Origin: a virus
Taxonomy: Duplodnaviria > Caudoviricetes
Length of the DNA: 39,117 bases
Direction: 5' to 3' (one strand)
Virus record (IMG/VR): IMGVR_UViG_3300020718_000024
Coordinates: 1-39,117 of that record
Part shown: positions 34,787 through 39,117 of the stretch, one piece after another
Layout: the number at the start of each line of letters is the position of its first letter
Numbering within the stretch: the stretch's first letter is position 1
Program-made: the position numbers and the translations under genes
Notes under the pieces: model-generated
Databases searched by the model: none
What the model was told of the DNA's origin: nothing
What the model saw: the letters and a program-made list of their open reading frames with translations, nothing else

Positions 34787-36409
34787 TTACACCGGGTAAA
34801 GTTGCGATGGACGTGAAGACTTATATAGCATACTTTCAGTTTTTTCCGCTACTATTTCTACTGGTTTACGTGCAAAACCTATAACGCGCAAGTGTGAGAG
34901 TGCTTGCGTCATACTATCCACCAAGTCATCGTGCTTTGCTTTTGGGAAAGATTCCGCTTGTTCAATCACTTTTTCCGCCCATTCCATGTCGGGAGCGTAA
35001 ATCATTCCCTCCGCAAAAAGATGTTGAATTGCGTAGGTACGGGCAACTTTGTCCCCCCTGCCCGGGTCAACCAATTGAATACCCCAGTTTTCCCGCGCAA
35101 AATGCGTCCGAAGTTCTTGGGCGACGGACAGCCCAGCCGCCTTGGATTCAATTAAAAGTTTATCAATCTTAAATTTGTTAGATAACTCAACAGTTTTTTT
35201 AACAAGTTGTGGAAACTCCAACCTATCCTGCCATGCATATATTAACATAATGCGTTGGTTATCTTGGCGGTCTGTCCACACGCCCCATATAGTCATAGCA
35301 CTATAATCGTTTTCTTGGCGGGTGGTGTAGGCGGTGTCCAATGAGGCGATAACGTATTCAAAAGGCGGAAACACACTTTTGCGTAATCCTTCCGCGCCGG
35401 ATACGGTTTCGTCCCACAGCACCCACCAATCGCGCTTTATAATACCGCCGCCTTTAGGTTTTGGCCGTTGCTGTAATTGACCCGCCGCCGCAAATGGACC
35501 AAGGGCGGATTCTAATGACGCGACTTCGTCATCACCAAACCGATCTTGAACCAGCAACTCACCCTCTTCGCGGTCATCAATATACCACGGCGTGATACAC
35601 CGACGGTCTGATTCAAACCGCATAGGGAGGCACAAATGAACCCAATTCCCCGTATCTTTGGATAAAACGTGGCCCGTAAGATCCGATTCGTGTAGCCGCT
35701 GCATAATAACAACGTACGCACCAGTCTTAGGATCGTTAAGACGGGTAGACATGGATTGGTCCCACCATTCCAGCGTCCCTTGCCGGACAAGATCCGACTC
35801 AACTTCATTGGCGTTGTGGGGATCGTCAACTAGAATAATTGATCCACCTTCACCCGTAAGAGCGCCGTCAACCGATGTTGCTAGGCGGTAGCCACCTTTA
35901 TCATTGTCAAATCGGACTTTGGTGTTTTGGTCCGATACAATTTTAAATTTATTCCCAAAATGACGTTGGTACCACGGGGATTCCAACAAGCGCCGGGTTT
36001 TAATGGAGTCACGGATGGAAAGGGATTGCGCGTAAGAGGCGTATAGGAACTGTACATGTGGACCAGAAAGTGGTCCAATATCGGATTGCGCCCATGTCCA
36101 AGCGGGGAAACAAACGGAAACCATAGAGGATTTGGACGTACGGGGCGGGACGTTAATGACCAGCCGCCGGATCTCCCCACGGGTTACCGCCTGTAAATGT
36201 TCCGCGATAGCCTCAAGGTGCCAACCATATTTGTACGGGTTAGGGTCAATGTATTTCCAAGCCCCCGCGACAAAATCCACCATTTTTTCTTCAAAGTTAA
36301 GGCGTTCAAGCTCCCGGGCAGCATCTTCCGGATACTGCTCAATCGCTTCTTCTAACGTTTTTGCGTGTAAAATGGTGCTACTCTTCGGAAAGTTCATCAA
36401 AAACTTCAC
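34787..36409 (-). CDS. terL: Terminase large subunit
   Basis: Walker A INVPPRTSKS, Walker B IILVDDPH, IMQRLHESDL, nuclease SLDTA...DYSA and HDDLVDS. Start may be 36397. Confidence 0.93.
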   Translation of the reverse strand: MKFLMNFPKSSTILHAKTLEEAIEQYPEDAARELERLNFEEKMVDFVAGAWKYIDPNPYKYGWHLEAIAEHLQAVTRGEIRRLVINVPPRTSKSSMVSVCFPAWTWAQSDIGPLSGPHVQFLYASYAQSLSIRDSIKTRRLLESPWYQRHFGNKFKIVSDQNTKVRFDNDKGGYRLATSVDGALTGEGGSIILVDDPHNANEVESDLVRQGTLEWWDQSMSTRLNDPKTGAYVVIMQRLHESDLTGHVLSKDTGNWVHLCLPMRFESDRRCITPWYIDDREEGELLVQDRFGDDEVASLESALGPFAAAGQLQQRPKPKGGGIIKRDWWVLWDETVSGAEGLRKSVFPPFEYVIASLDTAYTTRQENDYSAMTIWGVWTDRQDNQRIMLIYAWQDRLEFPQLVKKTVELSNKFKIDKLLIESKAAGLSVAQELRTHFARENWGIQLVDPGRGDKVARTYAIQHLFAEGMIYAPDMEWAEKVIEQAESFPKAKHDDLVDSMTQALSHLRVIGFARKPVEIVAEKTESMLYKSSRPSQLYPV

Positions 36410-36878
36410 CTTCTATTATTTTAGGGCCGCCAATTTTGTCCCTAACCTTACTAATAAGGTATGCGCGTTCTTCATAAGATAATTGACCAAAATCAAAGAT
36501 AACTTGTGGGCGGCCAATATCCGTCTGGTCCGGTTTATCTTTCCATCCCATTTGAGATCTGGTCAGGTAAATCCCCGCGTTAATAGAGGATGGGGTATCT
36601 TTCATCGCTTGTTGATAAAGATTTTCCACAACCAGCGCGTTTGCAATTTGCCGCCCGTTTTTAATCTCATTTCCGTACTCACGGTGTAACCACGCGCGGG
36701 AAACCCCAACAATATCCGCGATCTCATCCAGTGTCGTACCCCGTTTAGCAAGGCCCATTATGGTCTTGCGTACCATAGCGTCGTCGGGAATCTTTCGTTT
36801 GCGGCCCCGTTTCTTACCTTTGTATTCCGGCTCGTCTGGTTTTTGAGTAAGACGATTGGCGTTGGTAATTGCTTTCAT
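36378..36878 (-). CDS. terS: Terminase small subunit (HTH)
   Basis: GRKRK, HTH TLDEIADIVGVSRAWL, LYQQAM...AGIYLTRSQMGWKD; overlaps the terL start; AAGGAG SD. Confidence 0.78.
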   Translation of the reverse strand: MKAITNANRLTQKPDEPEYKGKKRGRKRKIPDDAMVRKTIMGLAKRGTTLDEIADIVGVSRAWLHREYGNEIKNGRQIANALVVENLYQQAMKDTPSSINAGIYLTRSQMGWKDKPDQTDIGRPQVIFDFGQLSYEERAYLISKVRDKIGGPKIIEGEVFDELSEE

Positions 36879-36898
36879 TTTCCTACTCCTTTCTATTT

Positions 36899-36928
36899 AC
36901 TATATCGCAAAAGTTGATTAAAATGCAA
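36899..36928 (-). promoter_or_regulatory. Sigma70-like promoter for the packaging/late operon
   Basis: TTGCAT (36923-36928), 18 nt, TATAGT (36899-36904), just upstream of the terS SD. Confidence 0.5.
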
Positions 36929-36950
36929 GTAGCTTAAAATGGAGAACACA

Positions 36951-37160
36951 ATGTCGGATAAAATTTGCGCTAATTGTAAGTGGGTTTATGCACAAAATAT
37001 GGGGTTTAACTGCATGAACCCTATTAATGACCGCCTATACGACCATTTTAACCCGTCTTCCGGGGATATTGTACGGGATATCCGCAGGGCGGCGGTGACG
37101 TTTGAAACCAGCACATGCGAGGATTTTTCCCCCAAAAAGAAAATCCCGTCATCAAAATGA
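36951..37160 (+). CDS. Small Cys-containing (CxxC...C...C) hypothetical protein
   Basis: GGAG 6 nt before ATG 36951; ICANCKW...C...TCEDF. Confidence 0.65.
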   Translation: MSDKICANCKWVYAQNMGFNCMNPINDRLYDHFNPSSGDIVRDIRRAAVTFETSTCEDFSPKKKIPSSK

Positions 37161-37207
37161 TGAGAATCTGGTATAGTGTAGCGTTGTCCCCCTTATAGGA
37201 GGTTTGC

Positions 37208-37627
37208 ATGGGTTTGACTGCGAATAGCGTTACATTTGAATGGACTATGGAAGAAATCCCAGTTTTTACAATATCATCAGATTCTTTCAACATAGGGAAC
37301 GATAACATGTCTTGGAACTATCGCGTTATTATGGAACCCGCCGCTGAGGGTAATATTTTTGGTGAAGATTCCTACACCATTCGTGAAGTGTTTTACGATG
37401 ACGACGGCGAGATTGAATTTTGGTCGGATGAGGGTTGCACCCCTTATGGAAACACTTTTCAGGAAGTTGCGGACGATTTTGACTTGATGGCCGCCGCATT
37501 TGAGTTGCCAGTCCTTAAAATTGAAAAGGACGAAGACGGCTTGGAAAAGCTTGTTGAGATTGAAGTAGAGTACGAATATCCCGATGAGAGCGATGATTCC
37601 GAAGAGGATGAAGAAGAGGAAGAATAA
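37208..37627 (+). CDS. Highly acidic hypothetical protein
   Basis: AGGAGG before ATG 37208; alternative start MSWNYRV at 37307; D/E-rich tail. Confidence 0.7.
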   Translation: MGLTANSVTFEWTMEEIPVFTISSDSFNIGNDNMSWNYRVIMEPAAEGNIFGEDSYTIREVFYDDDGEIEFWSDEGCTPYGNTFQEVADDFDLMAAAFELPVLKIEKDEDGLEKLVEIEVEYEYPDESDDSEEDEEEEE

Positions 37628-37639
37628 TCCTTTTCTTAA

Positions 37640-38578
37640 TCAAAATACATGGTCGCCCCTAAACACGGGGCGGCCATTAATCATTTCGCACAGTTCCGGC
37701 GGGAACATTGTCCCGTCCTCATCAAAAGAAATTACCGCAAACCCTTGCTGCGACCGCGAGGGAGTCCCTTCCGCATACTGAAATTGCGGGCCAGTAGGGT
37801 CCGCCATCATCCCAGTCTCCACACCCCACCGTGATCCGCGCCTATCCCGCATAGCAGTTACCTGTAACTGGTGGGTATGTCCGGTGATAATATTTATCCC
37901 ACTATGTAGGGCATTGTTCCACCCCGCATGTATCCCCGCCCTGAACCTGTGGCGGATTTCAGTTCCGTTAATATCAAACGCAAAAGAAAAATCCCAATCT
38001 GTAAAATGCTCATGCAGGGATAAGATGTATCCATCCAGTTCCGACGCATTTGCCGCGATGTAGTTATCAATACGGATATCGTGGTTGCCTAGCGTCCATA
38101 ATTTGTATTTAGCGTTGGGGAGGAAACGGAGCCATTTCTTGGCGGTGTCAATTTCTTTTTCAATCTTGGGAGCTTTGGAATTCCGGATGGATGGGTGGCG
38201 GCTAATTCGTGCCCCGTCAATAATATCCCCGTTAAGGATAATCCCATCAACTTTAAGGGATTTAGCTAATTTAACGAATGCTTTGTAAATGAGGGTTGGA
38301 TCACCGTCCCAGACGTGGAGGTCAGATCCTATAATCCATTTTGTATCGGGGGCATCAATTATTTTAAGTCTGGGGTAAGTCCAAGAGGATGTTGGGTATT
38401 CTAATTTTACGTCATCCAACCCATTAGGGAATCGTTCAAACGCCATTTTCATTCTGTGGTTAAATGTGTTTGGCGATATGTTTCCCGCCTTAGCGGCTAT
38501 GGTTGGTCGGCGGCTATGCGCTTCCAAAAGTTTAAGGGTTTCAATTAAAACTTCCACAGATAGTTTAGGTGTCGGCAT
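37640..38578 (-). CDS. Calcineurin-like metallophosphoesterase with N-terminal HTH-like segment
   Basis: SDLH, NGDIID, GNHD, H and GHTH motifs; likely start MPTPKL at 38578. Confidence 0.85.
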   Translation of the reverse strand: MPTPKLSVEVLIETLKLLEAHSRRPTIAAKAGNISPNTFNHRMKMAFERFPNGLDDVKLEYPTSSWTYPRLKIIDAPDTKWIIGSDLHVWDGDPTLIYKAFVKLAKSLKVDGIILNGDIIDGARISRHPSIRNSKAPKIEKEIDTAKKWLRFLPNAKYKLWTLGNHDIRIDNYIAANASELDGYILSLHEHFTDWDFSFAFDINGTEIRHRFRAGIHAGWNNALHSGINIITGHTHQLQVTAMRDRRGSRWGVETGMMADPTGPQFQYAEGTPSRSQQGFAVISFDEDGTMFPPELCEMINGRPVFRGDHVF

Positions 38579-38711
38579 TTGATTTTCCCCGTTGTTTAAA
38601 GTATAATGCCTTGAAACTATGTAACTTTTATTACCCCTAATTTGGGGGAATGACAATGTCTAATGCTCCGCACTACATCACGGAACTAGAGGCCGCATGG
38701 TCTGCGGTTAG

Positions 38712-38742
38712 TTGACAATTTTTTATTGCCGCCATATATAGT
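38712..38742 (+). promoter_or_regulatory. Strong sigma70-type promoter
   Basis: TTGACA (38712-38717), 17 nt, TATATA (or TATAGT at 19 nt). Confidence 0.65.
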
Positions 38743-38746
38743 ACTC

Positions 38747-38979
38747 AAGCTTAATTAACAAACTGCATCTGGATGTAAGGTCAGGGGTTAATTACCTAGG
38801 AAATAGTTTACGGGGCCGCATGTTTCTGCTGCTTCCATGTATCAGGTAATACGAAGCAGAGCAGCGTCAGTATTACCACCCGTAAAGCATAGCCGCTAAT
38901 GGAGAACAATGGATTGCGGTCGCGTCGCGGTCGGCGGATCTCAAAGAAAGCCGTCAGGGGAAACTCTGGCGGTTTTTTT
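38747..38979 (+). ncRNA. Candidate structured non-coding RNA (~230 nt) with H-type pseudoknot
   Basis: Bounded by a promoter and an intrinsic terminator, with no convincing ORF. Three helices of 7-8 perfect pairs form a stem-enclosed pseudoknot. Confidence 0.55.
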
Positions 38980-38984
38980 GTTTT
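38949..38984 (+). terminator. Intrinsic terminator
   Basis: AGCCGTCAGGG-GAAA-CTCTGGCGGTT then TTTTTGTTTT. G-U pairs and the GNRA loop favour the + strand RNA. Confidence 0.8.
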
Positions 38985-39117
38985 AAGGGCCGCAAACATT
39001 GCCCAACAAAAAATAATTCCGTAGGGCAATAGATTATACCAAAAGGGCGGTTTGGTACAATAACCGCCAGTAGGATTGTACTTTGATATACGGGGGGTCC
39101 CAAAAAGGGGGTGGGGT

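Noticed and set aside
32639-36409. Inteins in terminase or portal
   Set aside because: Lengths are ordinary and no intein splice-junction or LAGLIDADG blocks are seen.
38775-38900. tRNA or tmRNA (AAGGTCAGGGGTTAATT and GGGGCCGCA look-alikes)
   Set aside because: No pairable T-arm with TTCRA, no acceptor stem or CCA, and no tag frame ending in AA-stop.
38808-39029. 73-aa minus-strand ORF and 20-41-aa plus-strand ORFs
   Set aside because: They cross the terminator or structured region and mostly lack SDs. A 25-aa frame after GGAG (ATG about 38909) runs through the terminator stem, so it is doubtful but not fully excluded.
1-39117. Alternative genetic code, integrase or host assignment
   Set aside because: Genes are full length in code 11 using all three stops; no integration or replication genes are in the window, and nothing identifies the host.

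Overview
This window is most of the late (virion morphogenesis) region of a tailed dsDNA phage with a P22/T7-like podovirus layout, transcribed almost entirely on the minus strand. Right to left it runs: metallophosphoesterase, two small plus-strand genes, small and large terminase, portal, a low-complexity basic protein, GroES-like co-chaperonin, scaffold, capsid decoration protein, major capsid protein, small basic/His-rich proteins, adaptor, a free-standing GIY-YIG homing endonuclease, tail fibre plus adaptor, three paralogous six-repeat propeller-like proteins, a 2OG-Fe(II) oxygenase, tail tube/nozzle proteins, a GNAT acetyltransferase and large ejection-type proteins with lytic-transglycosylase-like domains. 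Most notable are: (1) a short [K/A]-x-G-G-x-[V/I/A/T] tag in about 25 copies across five putative capsid-internal proteins, plus a duplicated domain that may read it; (2) a candidate programmed -1 frameshift joining a His-rich protein to a start-less basic domain; (3) an RNA polymerase alpha-CTD-like domain inside a putative ejection protein; (4) a promoter- and terminator-bounded ~230-nt pseudoknotted ncRNA candidate; (5) an ATC start codon behind a perfect SD; (6) blade exchange among the propeller paralogs. All calls come from reading motifs by eye; no database searches were run and the host cannot be determined.
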